A stretch of 64,000 bases of DNA. Source: Tubiluchus corallicola. Its lineage: Eukaryota > Animalia > Priapulida. The stretch covers positions 248,001 through 312,000 of the forward strand of contig JAQGDQ010000103.1 of NCBI GenBank assembly GCA_030141605.1. Reading direction: 5' to 3'. The notes beneath the pieces were generated by a model. It searched no databases. It had not been told where the DNA came from and saw only the letters and a program-made list of their open reading frames with translations. Positions 1 to 14,569 of this stretch are shown here, one piece after another (within the stretch, counting starts at the first letter, position 1; each line of letters begins with the position of its first letter). The position numbers were made by a program, and so were the translations under genes.

Positions 1-273
1 GATCAATCTAATTGAACTTAATCGAAGTTTTTATAACAACTCACAAATAAATTGTTAACGCAAGTAGCAAAACAATAATAAAAACAATGACAACAAAGCA
101 GCAAACTTAACAAACCGGCATGTAACACATGTAAGCAAACAAACAACCAATCTTAACAAAGTGCACAATTAATGCACAAAGATGTAAAACAATTAGGTTT
201 AAACAGCTACTACCAAAAGCCTTAATAAATTACTAATCCACTATAACCGACTGAAAATTCTCAACAGTTGACT

Positions 274-2002
<1,729 letters not shown>

Positions 2003-2370
2003 GTTGCTGTCTGTAAAGAAACAGAAAATTCATCTGTCAAAAAAATTTAGAAACATTTTGATAAAATATGAGTAGAGTGATAATTTCTAAATGAATCATA
2101 TCAAATCTCGAATGTACACTAACACAAAATGTAGGCTAAGTGCCCTTGTAAACCAAAATGTAGGCTATGTCAAGACTTCCTCACTGTTGTCTTAGCAAAC
2201 CAAAATTATTTACCAGTTTACCAATGCTTATGATAGTTACTAATTTTCGAGTCGAATGACAGTTTACTACTTATATCCAAAGTTAACAAGAAACTAAAAA
2301 ACTTAAAATAATATGTATATGAGCTCAAACTTTTCGTGGTTGTAATTAAAACAGTATATAGTAAAACTGA

Positions 2371-2954
2371 CATAGGCGCACGGGAGGAAGTTTTTCAAGA
2401 GGGGCAGAAGGAATCCGCCTAAAAGTTTTCTAAGTTATCCTAGTATGAGTAATCTCTAAATAAGTTCAAACAACGGGCCACATAAAAATGTGTCTAAAAA
2501 CAAGGTATTTACACTTACAGGTGCAAAACATGCAAATACTTTCAGATATACTTTTTCTAATGTTTCAGAAATTCAAAAGAAATCATGGTTATGATTTATG
2601 TTTTCCTTTAGCGGACATGTCTATTGCCTTGCCAGTACATTGATGGGCATGTATTTAAAAGTGTATAAAGGACTTATGAGGTTTAGTGAATTAAAATCAA
2701 TAGCAGGCGCTATTATGACTTTAAAATTATCAAAAGTTAAAACCAATGCATCATGCAAAAACACTTTAACTGCAGCCAGTAAAAAAGGTAACGCAGTACG
2801 TAAACAATTTTTGAATATTGAGAAATTAAATTTTTAAATTTTGAAAGAAAATTATTTTCTAAAAATAACCAGTTTTGCCCTGAAAATGTTCAACTCATTT
2901 GCTCTGGGAGAGCAAGCGCCCCCCCCCCCCGACCCCCGCTTCAATACGCCTATG
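2371..2954. mobile_element. hAT-like non-autonomous element (MITE)
   Basis: TIR cataggcg...cgcctatg; perfect 8-bp TSD aaaactga at 2363-2370 and 2955-2962; related copy at about 63344-63945. Confidence 0.88.
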
Positions 2955-3106
2955 AAAACTGAGTTATCTGACAGATGCCTATCTAAACCAGCCAACAAAA
3001 ACAAACCAAAAAATCAGAAACAAAACTACACACGTTAATGCGAATTTCGTGACTAAATATAATTGAAAGTTACGTAATTAATTAATTAATTATTAACACT
3101 ACTTAC

Positions 3107-3190
3107 TGCGTAACACACAAACAAAAGTTTAAACAGCTACCAAATATCGTGTGACTAAAGTGTGTAAATAGTTCACTTTCTTCTTATATA
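3107..3190 (-). promoter_or_regulatory. Putative TATA box, initiator and non-coding first exon of paralogue A
   Basis: Minus strand: TATATAAG at 3190-3183, Inr-like TTAGT about 30 nt downstream, gtaagt donor at 3106-3101. The matching acceptor ttctttacag precedes 2010. Paralogue B has the same layout. Confidence 0.6.
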
Positions 3191-3942
3191 CGTCCCTATG
3201 TTTGACCCAGAAAAAATCTACTCATCTTCGACACTGTCATTAGTGACACGTATAAGGCACGGGTAATTAGGTGAAGATGACAATGCCGCCTAATTAACTA
3301 TGAAAATGGAGAGGGTTTAGGCGTTTTTCTTATACAAAAATCTTTCGGAGGTATTTAAAAAACAAGCAAATTATCCACAAAGAGTGAAAAATGAATAAAA
3401 AATTTAGTAATCACTGAATCACTTCATGTATGGATTTGTTATTCAGTGAATTTGCCTCGCTGTTGTTGCCACGGCGTTTTGCGTATTATCGCCGTCTTAC
3501 CAGAAGGGCCAAACTCGTCTTTTTTGGACTGTTCTATAGAAATGAATGTTCTGAGGTGGTTTATTGACAATGGTCATATGATGTTCACTCTACAGCAGAC
3601 AGACAGCAGCGAATAATAAACCAGAAATTTAAACTGTATTAGCTTTGACAGCGTTTAGTTTTTTATTTTATAGTTGTCAAATCAATATTACAACAGGCTT
3701 CATAATCACAACAAAGAGCTATCTTGGTGGCAACACATTTATTAATAACACGATTTTTCGGGAACAACTGTTGCCTTCATAATCTTACATGAATTTTCCG
3801 TTCCTTGCTTTTTAAGAGCTTCATTATAAACAGTAATTATTATCTTAAAATGATTAGTAATGTAAGGATTTTTATCTTAAGTGCCAGCAAAGTTTAGGCA
3901 GAAGTTAGGTTTTGGCCTAGCTGAACTTAGCTTTTAGTGAAT

Positions 3943-4490
3943 TTAAAGGAAAAAAGGATGATTTTTCACATAAGCCATAGATTGAAAACTTAATTAACGG
4001 AAGGCGAGTCGAACTAGTGATGACATCACAAGTGAACATAATTTTTAACAGCACAAACATTCCATGGGCGTGTTGCACCTGTTTGCGAAAGCGAAAAATG
4101 AAATACAGTGCTACTTCAACATTCAACAGTACAACATACAGCGTGACACACAAAACTTCAGCAAATTGTAAGTTCAACATTCAATTTTTAACTTTACTAC
4201 TGTGCCAAAGCACGAGCTCTCGAACGTGTGCACTATGTCACAACTGAAAACCTCTGGGCTGAGAGGTACAGCACCAGTTTTTGTGCAACGAGTAAGAGAT
4301 GTAGCTACTGGTGTCCATTTAACTATCGAATGGCGAAATGCATGTAATAGCAAAGAACTAGCCGCGCGAACGAAAATTATCATTCTGTGGCAATAATTCT
4401 TTCACGAGGGCCATTCTTGAAAAAACAGTAGGTTTCCTTTCAATATTTTACATGGTAGATTATTTTAAACTTTAGCAAAATAATCTTTAA
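3943..4490. mobile_element. TTAA-flanked Kolobok/T2-like MITE, family 1
   Basis: Starts ttaaaggaaaa; the body (gatgacgtcacaa..aacataatttt, gaatggcgaaatgcatgtaa..gaactag) recurs at 12560, 22996, 51213 (reverse) and 53861. Confidence 0.7.
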
Positions 4491-5115
4491 AACGAATGAA
4501 AGAGGCAGTCTCTAGGAATCAACATATTTATTGAGCGTAGGCGATGTTTCGGCTACCATAGCCATTTATTTATGGCTTGATTTATAGTATTGAAAATGTT
4601 GGCTGAAAGCTATTGTCTACGTTCAATAAATATGTTGAATCTTTAAAACGTTTGAAAACTTTCTTATACGCTTTGAAAAATTTTTACTTTGAAAGTAGTC
4701 AGCTTAAAAGGAAACACCTTTGGCACCTTTTGCAGTTACCTACACGGCTGAATGCGCAAAAAAGACAACCTTACGAATAGCCGCAGGGGTTTTAAATAAT
4801 CTGCCCATGCCATGATAGAATTATTCTTACACATTATTGAGCAGTGTTTTTCGGGAAACCTTTCTGGCTTGCTTTTATTCAATTCAGACATTGGTTGGCA
4901 TTCAGAAAGTTAAAGAAGCCCTAGGCCCACTAACGAAAATCTCTGCGAATCAGATTAGACGTGACACTTTGCGGTAACTTTGATACATTCATTGAATTAA
5001 ATCCATTTCATACGAAGGTGTCTTACTTTGGACAAATGCGCACTCCACTTAGTAGATTCGGAAACACGTTGTTTACAGTTTTGATTCACGTCAACCTGTG
5101 CAAACAGGTCAAAAA

Positions 5116-5494
5116 AGCCTTTTCACAGTTTCGCTATGCGCACGCGCAGTGGCTGTAGGTTACAGATTAAGTGTTTTACAGCAAAGCCTCTTAACAACAA
5201 CCGTCGCGTCACATCTGTGTAAAGCAAAGCCGTCTGCGGCATCAGTTCAGAAATTTCAATTGTTTTACGTGGACTTTACCACGTAATTATGCATTAGAGT
5301 GATTTATTAGCAGGTTCTTGCTTGTGAACAAGAAAAAATGAATTAGGTAGGGTTCCAGCTAGCTGTTCAAACGGTTACTATTACAATGGCATGAGTTCCG
5401 AGGCGTTGTCAAGTGTACACAAGTGGGTTACTTGGTACGCTTAACCATTGACCTTTTCGCGATCATTATTGGTCTCTAGAACTGTGGAATGGCT
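5116..5494. mobile_element. About 380-bp MITE with AGCCTTTTCACAGTT TIRs (reverse orientation)
   Basis: agccttttcacagtt ... aactgtggaatggct; body shared with the copies at 7354, 32171, 57934 and 59033. Confidence 0.75.
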
Positions 5495-6817
5495 TATTAT
5501 ATTACAACTTCACCAGTAACTGCACCACGCAATTGCGAGTTCGAATCCCATGCTCGGTGTTCTTGTTTTCTGTCGGCTGTCAGTGACCTCAATGAGCTTT
5601 CTAAGTCGATCCGCATGCAGCAGGAGTTCTTAATGTGGGATCTATTGGACAAGGTCCGTGAAGGTCATCTGAAAGGTTTATAGGGAAGAAAAGGAAATTC
5701 TAAAGTACGTCACAAAAAATTTCATACGTACTTGTTTTACTTACCATTACCCTTACCTGTTTGAAAGTTTTATGTAATTGTTAATAATTTAAAATATTGG
5801 AAAAAGGCACTGTGCAAGCATCCCACGGTGCACCAATGACTCGCCAAAACACATTATTGACAATATAAAGTAATTTTAACTTTTGCCTCGTTAGCGTAGA
5901 GTGTGCTGCGAATGCTTTGATTAAATTCTCAAACTTTACACATAGCCTTTTTCAGTGGTTTGTGTCAGCAATGAGAACAACTTTCAAGATGTTGATGTTG
6001 TATCAAAATAAAAGCGAGTTTATTCATAACAAGTATTACAGTAACGTTGTAACAACAACAGCAAATCAACGTGATAACAACAACAACAACAATCATTTAT
6101 CAACAATGATACAAAAAATCATTATTACTGTAGATGCATTATAATGATAACAACGACAATGTTAATAGTCATTTATTAACAACCATGTAAACAAAGATAT
6201 TATTGCAGATTTGCTTTGTTTTCTCTTGAAAGTATTCCCATATAAACTTGAATGAATCAAAGATACGACATCAAAAAGCATTGCGGGACCTAAAAAACAG
6301 TACACCTCGGACAGTAGATAAAATCTTTATTAACCAACATTGAAACAACATATGTACAGGGCATCCACGTCCGCATTAAAAAAACACCAGCTCAATGTGA
6401 ACTGCAACAGAGAGTTTTTTTGTTTTGCCCCAAGGAAGGAAGTTTTTCCAGCGACATAGTAATGCTGCATCCATAAAAGAATCGATTTTACCTATCTATG
6501 AACTATCGAAATTGATTTGATAAATAGAACTAATAGGCCTATAAGTACAAAAGTTGTTGCACAATTAACAAGAATGTAATGGTTTTGAATGAATTTTGAT
6601 GTAGCCTATGTTATTTTAGTTGGTATAATTTCTCTAGAATATAAATGAGTTCGTCAGAGAAACTGCTGCTGAAGGAACTGTTTGTCACTGAAGTCTTGTA
6701 GCGACAAGGATCTTGACATATTAACAAATGTGACTAGAATACGAAATGAGAGAAAAGGTAACGCTTCGCTCCCACAGATCACGTGCGCTTGCCCAACTGC
6801 ATGCCACTTCGGCTTCG

Positions 6818-7198
6818 TTGGACAAAACATTGAATTCACAATCTTTGAATAAAATAACACATTCATAATTCTTGGACGAAATAATACATTCACAATCTTT
6901 GGACAAAATAAAACATTCATAGTTTTTGGACTAAACAATGCACTCACAATCTTTGGACAAAGTAATACATTTATAATTCTTGGACAACGCAATGCATTCA
7001 CAATCTTCGGATAAAGCAATACATCCACAGCTGTTTGGCAAAACAATGCATTCGAAATCTTTAGAAAAAATAATACACTTATAATCGTTGGAAAAACAAT
7101 ACACTCATAATTTTTGGGCAAAACAATACACTCACAAACTTTGGACAAATTAATGCACCAATTAGCATTCCTTGGACAAGCTAATACATTCACGAAAC
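6818..7198. repeat. 27-bp minisatellite (ttggacaaaataatacattcacaatct-like), about 14 copies
   Basis: Direct inspection; accounts for ORF 6654-7193. Confidence 0.9.
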
Positions 7199-7353
7199 TA
7201 TAACTATGGTCAATTTTAAAAACTGTACAATTGTTTCTATTGTTCTGTTGAAATTTAGACTAAAGGAATGAACACCTTCTGTATTACTTAGCAAGTTTAA
7301 AAGAAACATCTCCATTTTTCATCAAAACGTTTCATTCATAGATGAGCAGAATA

Positions 7354-7738
7354 AGCCTTTTCACAGTTCCAACGCTGATGGTCGTTAAAATGTCAAAAGT
7401 TAAGTGTACCAGACAACGCATTTGCGTACACTTGGCAACGCTTCGCAGCCTAAGCTATTGTAATAGTAACAGTTTTAACAGCTAGCTAGAACCTTACTTA
7501 GTTCATTTTTTCTTGTTCCCAAGCAAGATTCTGCTAGTAAATCACTCTACGTGCAGATTAATGCATAATTAAGTAAAATCCACGTAAAACAACTGAATTT
7601 ACTGAACTGATGCCCCAGACGGATATGCTTCACCCACTTGTCACGTGACTGCTGTAGTTAAGACGCGTTGCTGTGGCACACTTAACCTTTGACCTGTAGC
7701 AACTGTGTCCGTTTGCACAGTGAAACTGTAAAAATGCT
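7354..7738. mobile_element. About 380-bp MITE, same family
   Basis: TA|agccttttcacagtt ... aactgtaaaaatgct|TA. Confidence 0.8.
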
Positions 7739-7894
7739 TATTAGTTTTCTTTTAACTTTCGGGAAATTATAACAAACGAATTTGTCGGAAAAATCAAATT
7801 TCAACAGTTAGAAGAACAGTTTTAGGGGGCTGCACACACGTGCGTGATACAAATACCATCTATAATGAAAATAATAACAAGAAAGAATTATACT

Positions 7895-9059
<1,165 letters not shown>

Positions 9060-9919
9060 ATTTCCTAAATAAAAAAGAATTAATGAGTCTCTATTTTAAA
9101 GCAACGGGCTCGTTTTGAACATACTTATACGATGTATAGATATCGGTTCGGAATATTGAATTGAAGTTACTGAAGTTCTGTGGTTACAAATTGAAGATAA
9201 TAACAGTTGCTTTTCGTTTCAAAAAGACGAAATGCACTGAGTTCAATTCCAGAATTCAACTTTTCTCAATCTTTATAGTAGTTAAAATTTTGTATCATTT
9301 GAATCAGTGATCTGCACTGTTTACTGCTGAATCATAAAAATAAAATAAAAACAACAAAACTTTCAAATAACTATTAATTTTCCTAAATAATTAGTTGACT
9401 GATTTCGCTAGCAAACTTTTGAGAAAATTGCAATACGCGTCTCGTTTAATTAGTAAAATCACTGTACGCTTCGGTGCTCCCATTTTCAACGCCCATTCTT
9501 CTCCCAATTACGTCATTCGTCTTGAAGAAAAATAGAGCACTGTCAATCTTCATCAAAAGTATTACAAGTTTTTACGAGAACATAGATAGCTATTTTAAAA
9601 TATCTTTGCATGAACATTAGATAAGCTGCAGAAGTTTGAATTAGTTCAAGCAGCTCGCGCTTATGAAAAGTCGCGAAGTCTCCCAGTTACGTTATGATTT
9701 TCAAGTGAACGGCGGCAACCACCACGCCTGAAATTTCTTTTCGGAGGAAGAATATTTTAAATTTATGCTTTATAGGCAGTTCTGTGCAAATTTGTTTCTT
9801 ATATTTTTCTAAGTTTAAGTGATAACAGCAAAATAAACCCAACATACTGAGTGACTTGTTCTTTCCTTTAATGCAACATTAAAAACTATAAAAGATCATG
9901 CATTAATCTACCAACTCAC

Positions 9920-10028
9920 CACTTCTAGTGCGAAAATGATTTCTTTAGCTCCTCAACACAATATCCTCCAAGAAAAATAAATTTCAAATAAATTCTAAAT
10001 TATCTGCAAGTCGATTTGTATTTATATA
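9920..10028 (-). promoter_or_regulatory. Putative TATA box and non-coding first exon of paralogue B
   Basis: Minus strand: TATATAAA at 10028-10021, gtgagt donor at 9919-9914, acceptor ttatttag before 9064. Mirrors paralogue A. Confidence 0.55.
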
Positions 10029-10065
10029 GACTAAACTTGACCCAGTTAACAATGGAGTTTGTAAA

Positions 10066-10240
10066 CGACATAGAAATTGATAATGAAAGTGATATTTTAT
10101 GATGCCGTTATAATGGATGACATTGAAATTGATAATGAAAGAGATATTGTCGTCAGTTTTATAGTGTCGTTATAATAGATGACATTGAAATTTACAATGA
10201 AAATGATATTGTCGCCAATTTTATGATGTCGCTATAACAG
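10066..10240. repeat. 50-60-bp tandem repeat, 3 copies, just upstream of the paralogue B TATA box
   Basis: Recurring gacattgaaattgataatgaaa..gatatt..ttttat.tg.cgttataat. Confidence 0.8.
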
Positions 10241-11757
10241 TTTCTTTAAAAAGAAAACGTTCAGTGTGTCTGTTGATTCTATGATGTGTGTATCATGATT
10301 CTCATTAAACATCGTTAATAACGATATATAATATGAGGAGTAGGTATATCGAAAACTAGTAATTAATTAATTAATGACATCGTTAGTCACCAGCTAATTT
10401 GGGAAAGTATTGATACCAAAAGTATCTCCCTACTGTCATGGGTATAGGTGGCGATGTTGGATTGCGAGCTACAAGGAGCAAGTCAGGCTCTATCATGCTG
10501 GGCTGGTAGCTTAGGTGGTAGAACGTGGGAGGTCTCGGGTCCAGGTCCGGACAATTTTTCAGTGTCTCCTTTCTCTAACTCATTACCCGTAATGGGTAAT
10601 AATTGGTGAAGGTTTATAAAATTCTGGCAATCACAGTCATAATTAATTAATTAATGATATCGTTAGTTGCTAGCTAGCTTGGGAAAGTATAATATCAAAA
10701 ATCTGCTGACCTGTCATTCCTAAATTGCTGTTTAATAGACATGAACTGTCGTAATCAATTAAGTACACAAAAGGACGTCATAGTTATTTGACATAGTTAT
10801 ATGATATAATTGTAGCTTGCTTACAAATAGTCACTTGAATTATTGACATTTGTTAAAAAGAATCCACAAATAATTTCTTAGGCAAATGGTCGAGGAAAAT
10901 GGTTAAATTTAAATGATACCATCCACACTGTGAAGCTGAAGCAACTGCAAGGTTTAAAGAACAGGAAAACACTCTTCATAAACGAAGCTTAAAAAATTCG
11001 TCTGGGAATTTTGTGTCGTTCACCTGCTGTCTTATTGTATACAGGGCTCGTGTTAGCAGTAACGCTGTATAAAACTTGAAAATTTTAACAATTACTCGCA
11101 GCAATTTTAACGTAAATCCTTAAAACAAGCTTAGATAACATTGGGTGAATTTAAAAAATAACCAGAGCATTCGTAAAGCACTTTTCGCTAACTAAGCAAA
11201 GATATTCATTACTTGTTATTGTCACCAATTACCACATAAGTTTTCAAACAGGTAAGCGTAATGCTAAGCAATTCTTCCCCTTTATCAAGACGTTAACAAC
11301 TCACATTACGTACGTTATTTTTAAAGCATTCATGTGTGTTTTATATTTACGATGTTCTGTGTTGTTTCGTATTGTATTGGTTGTATTACTGTCATGTCGC
11401 TGTGTTACGATGTGTCATATCGCGTCGTGTTATGTGACGTCATATTCCTGTGCTGTGTTGCACGGCGCGATACTGTACAAATTTTGTATTTGCATATAAG
11501 TCATTTGGTGTGTATGTGTGTACTCGTGAACCAAATGTGTACTGGAATGTAGAAGAGAATAATAGCTGCAGGTCGTTTTCTCATAGTTAAGCGTATTTAT
11601 CTATATAGTTCAAGTAATGATTGTATGCATGATGAGGGCTGACAATCTGCAACCAAACTTGGCAAATCAAAGGTTCAAGGTGTATAAATTCATCTGGGAA
11701 AACATCCTAATTCAACGTACTCCACATATTCCTCTCCACAAACTTTAAACGTTTTGA

Positions 11758-12040
11758 CCAGACGGTTTGACTAGTTGTAACGCGTCCGTTTTCCGTCTGG
11801 GAGGTCGTGAGTTCGATACTGCAGCCGTGTTCTACCAAAGACTTTAAAAATTGTACCTGCTATTGCCCTGCCTGGGGTCTGGTATTTAGGGTGAAAGTGG
11901 AGTAATAACAATCTCTGTTGTGTAGCTGTAGATTGTTATTTACAGTCGGACCAAAAGCTCTTTGGAGCTTATTTTAATTGTTTATCATAAAAGCCGACTT
12001 TAAATAAAGATTATTATTATATTGTTATTATAACATTATT
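11758..12040 (+). mobile_element. tRNA-derived SINE with a Meta/MESC-like core
   Basis: A-box-like tgactagttg and B-box gagttcgatac, then ccaaagactttaaaaattgtacctgctattgccctgcctgg, ending aataaagattattattat. Confidence 0.6.
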
Positions 12041-12133
12041 ATTATAACATTACTTCATGACTGAATGCTTTTTATTGCTATCATGATCCATAAGTCACAG
12101 ATGGCAAGTTGCTTATAAGTGTAATTTTCTTCA

Positions 12134-12250
12134 GGTGTAGCCAAAGGACATGGAATAACTCCTATTTTATTTCTGCTATTCATCATTGATCTACAAGACT
12201 TTACATTTTTTAAGCTTGTCAGCTTTTGCTGATGATACTGCAGCACTGTG
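12134..12250 (+). mobile_element. Short reverse-transcriptase remnant
   Basis: GVAKGHGITPILFLLFIIDL, then a frameshift and FADDTA (degenerate GVPQGS..P.LF....NDL / FADD). Confidence 0.6.
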
Positions 12251-12559
12251 TACAATATTTATTATTGTGCCTCAGCCAGTTGCCTCATCCCATCTGACAG
12301 ACTGCAACATCTCACATTGTCAGTCTAGTTGGACGCAATGTAGACTAAATCATGCCATATGCTGCTTATCCTGGGTTTATTGCTACATTTACTTGACAAA
12401 AATACTTGAAAGCTGCAAAATGTGGCAAGCCTACGTGGAACTCTGAAAGAAAATTTAACTTCTCTTCATTGTTACTAAGTCTGCCTAACTCGACAGAGGT
12501 TGTTCGCTTGTTATCGGATATAGCCTGGGACACTATAAAAAACTACGTGCTCCAAGCAG

Positions 12560-13186
12560 ATTGAAAGAAAGACAGGATGATTTTTCAAGTACCACCCCAT
12601 TTTCAAGCCCGATAAAAAGTATACACCTGAACACAATTAATACTGCAAAAGCGTTTCTGATAATTAAATAATAGATTAAAAACTTGATTAACGACGGGTG
12701 AGCCAAACTATTGATGACATCACAAACTAACATAATTTTCAATAGCAAAAATATTCCACGAGGTGTTGCACGTACTTGCGAAAGCGAAAATGAAGTACAG
12801 TGCTACTGTAAGGTATTCAGCGTTTTATACTAAAACTAGGCAAGTTTTAAGATTAAAATTCAAATTTCAAATTTACAGCTGCTCTCGCGCATGAGCTGTC
12901 GCACGTGTGTAGTTCGTCACAAACTAACACATCTGAACTGAGAGTTACAACAACTATTTTTTCTGCAATGTGTTTCCAAAATGCAGGTGCTAATACCCGT
13001 CTAACTAGTGAATGGCGAAATGCATGTAACAGCGAAGAACTAGGGGCGCGAACGCGAAATTGTGTTTATGTGGTAATAATTCTTTAACGTAAGTCCATTG
13101 TGAAAAAATAGTACGTATCCTTTCAATATTTTAAAGAATTGGTTGTTTTCACCTACAGTTTAAGACTAGGCCCGGTTTTGCTTTAA
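12560..13186. mobile_element. Kolobok/T2-like MITE, family 1
   Basis: Same body as the 3943 copy; ends ggttttgctttaa. Confidence 0.75.
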
Positions 13187-13545
13187 ACAAGACACTTTTC
13201 AGTGAGGACTTTATAGGTTATATATGACTTCTTGTGAGACTATCAGAAATACTGTTTTTTACCGAGCCTGAACACTCGACACTCGTTAATAGGAATCTTT
13301 CAACGGGTATAAAAAGCGCATTTGTGCTGTTCACTGTCATTTTCGCCGCTGTCACTCTCCACTTCTATGAGTAGTCTTCAACGACCGAGTGACACAGATC
13401 TCAGCTCTGGGGATGCCTGAAGGGCAAACGGCATTAGAGTAAATATCTCTCCTTTCACTTGTAAAACGCAGTTAAACTATCTTCGCTGACAACCCGGCAG
13501 CGATGATTGACAGTGAATCTTTGCACATCTGCCCATTTATTTTAA

Positions 13546-14235
13546 GGCCCATTTCACAGTGAGGACGCAATGAAGAATGACGTATGGAACGTTGTTAGAA
13601 AATCAGCAAATATTTAGAAAATTTCCAATTTCTTCTCGAAATCCCGTACAGCAAGAAAGTTCATTTCACAGTGAAACCGTACGTTCAGTTAGCTGCAGCT
13701 ACTTTGCGAGTTTTGTGCTGTATAACCATGTTTAAATTAAATTATACTTGCCATACTTTTCCTATATAAAGTACAGTTAATAATGTTAGTCAGTGCAATG
13801 TCAGACTTATTTATTTTTTTAGTAATGTTCTACTAACGTTAGTAATGTTCTACTACCTACTTCAAAATATGAAAATACACATATATAAAATAAATATACG
13901 TATGCGTTATTATTCTTTTACACGAATATGAGCATCGATATTGCATTAATAAAACATAAAATCGTCAGTCTGTTAAAAGAAAGATTAAATCTCAGAATTT
14001 TATGCTGAACTGTGTTAATTGTAGTTCGTTAAAATTTAATAAGAAAGTACTAATTAAATAGTTAAATTTAAGACTGAATTCCACCAGGGTTTCTCGCGAA
14101 AATGTAACATGCAGCATTTTTACCATGCGGCAAAATTCCTCACGAGGAGGACTCAGAGCTTCCAGCTGGCGGCAGAATTCCTCACGTGGAACTACACGGG
14201 AAATTTTTTTGCACGTCCTTACTGTGAAATGGGCA
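13546..14235. mobile_element. PIF/Harbinger-like MITE
   Basis: TAA|ggcccatttcacagtgaggacg ... cgtccttactgtgaaatgggca|TAA: 22-bp TIR and 3-bp TAA TSD. Confidence 0.82.
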
Positions 14236-14569
14236 TAAGAAAAGTTAGGCCCTTGGAGCACTGTAATAAAGCTTTATTTAATTTAATTATTATTTAAAAA
14301 TTCCGCAGCTAAAACAATTGACGATGATGACAATAATTTTTTTATTTGTACATAAATAATGTATATACAAATATACATAATTATATATACATGGCCTCTA
14401 TTTGCAGGCCAAAAATTACAGCGTTATTAATATATCAATTTAACAATATGCCAAAGTACTTCAAATCAACATAGCTATACTCGGTCTGTTACGATAAGAA
14501 TGTCATACAATAAGAGGATAACATATAATGTAATCAACTGTCCATATAATCGTGTGATATAAGCTCGAT

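Noticed and set aside
3917-4396. Recurring LKIMxxCDVI ORFs (3917, 12533, 22969, 51619) as a gene family
   Set aside because: They are chance translations of one MITE family, with stops and frameshifts differing among copies.
5525-5580. gagttcgaatccc B-box as a tRNA gene
   Set aside because: No acceptor stem or cloverleaf can be built; at most a SINE fragment.
6654-7193. 179-aa Cys/Pro periodic ORF (CPKIVNVLF repeats)
   Set aside because: Product of a 27-bp minisatellite; it has no signal peptide or splice context, and indels shift its register.
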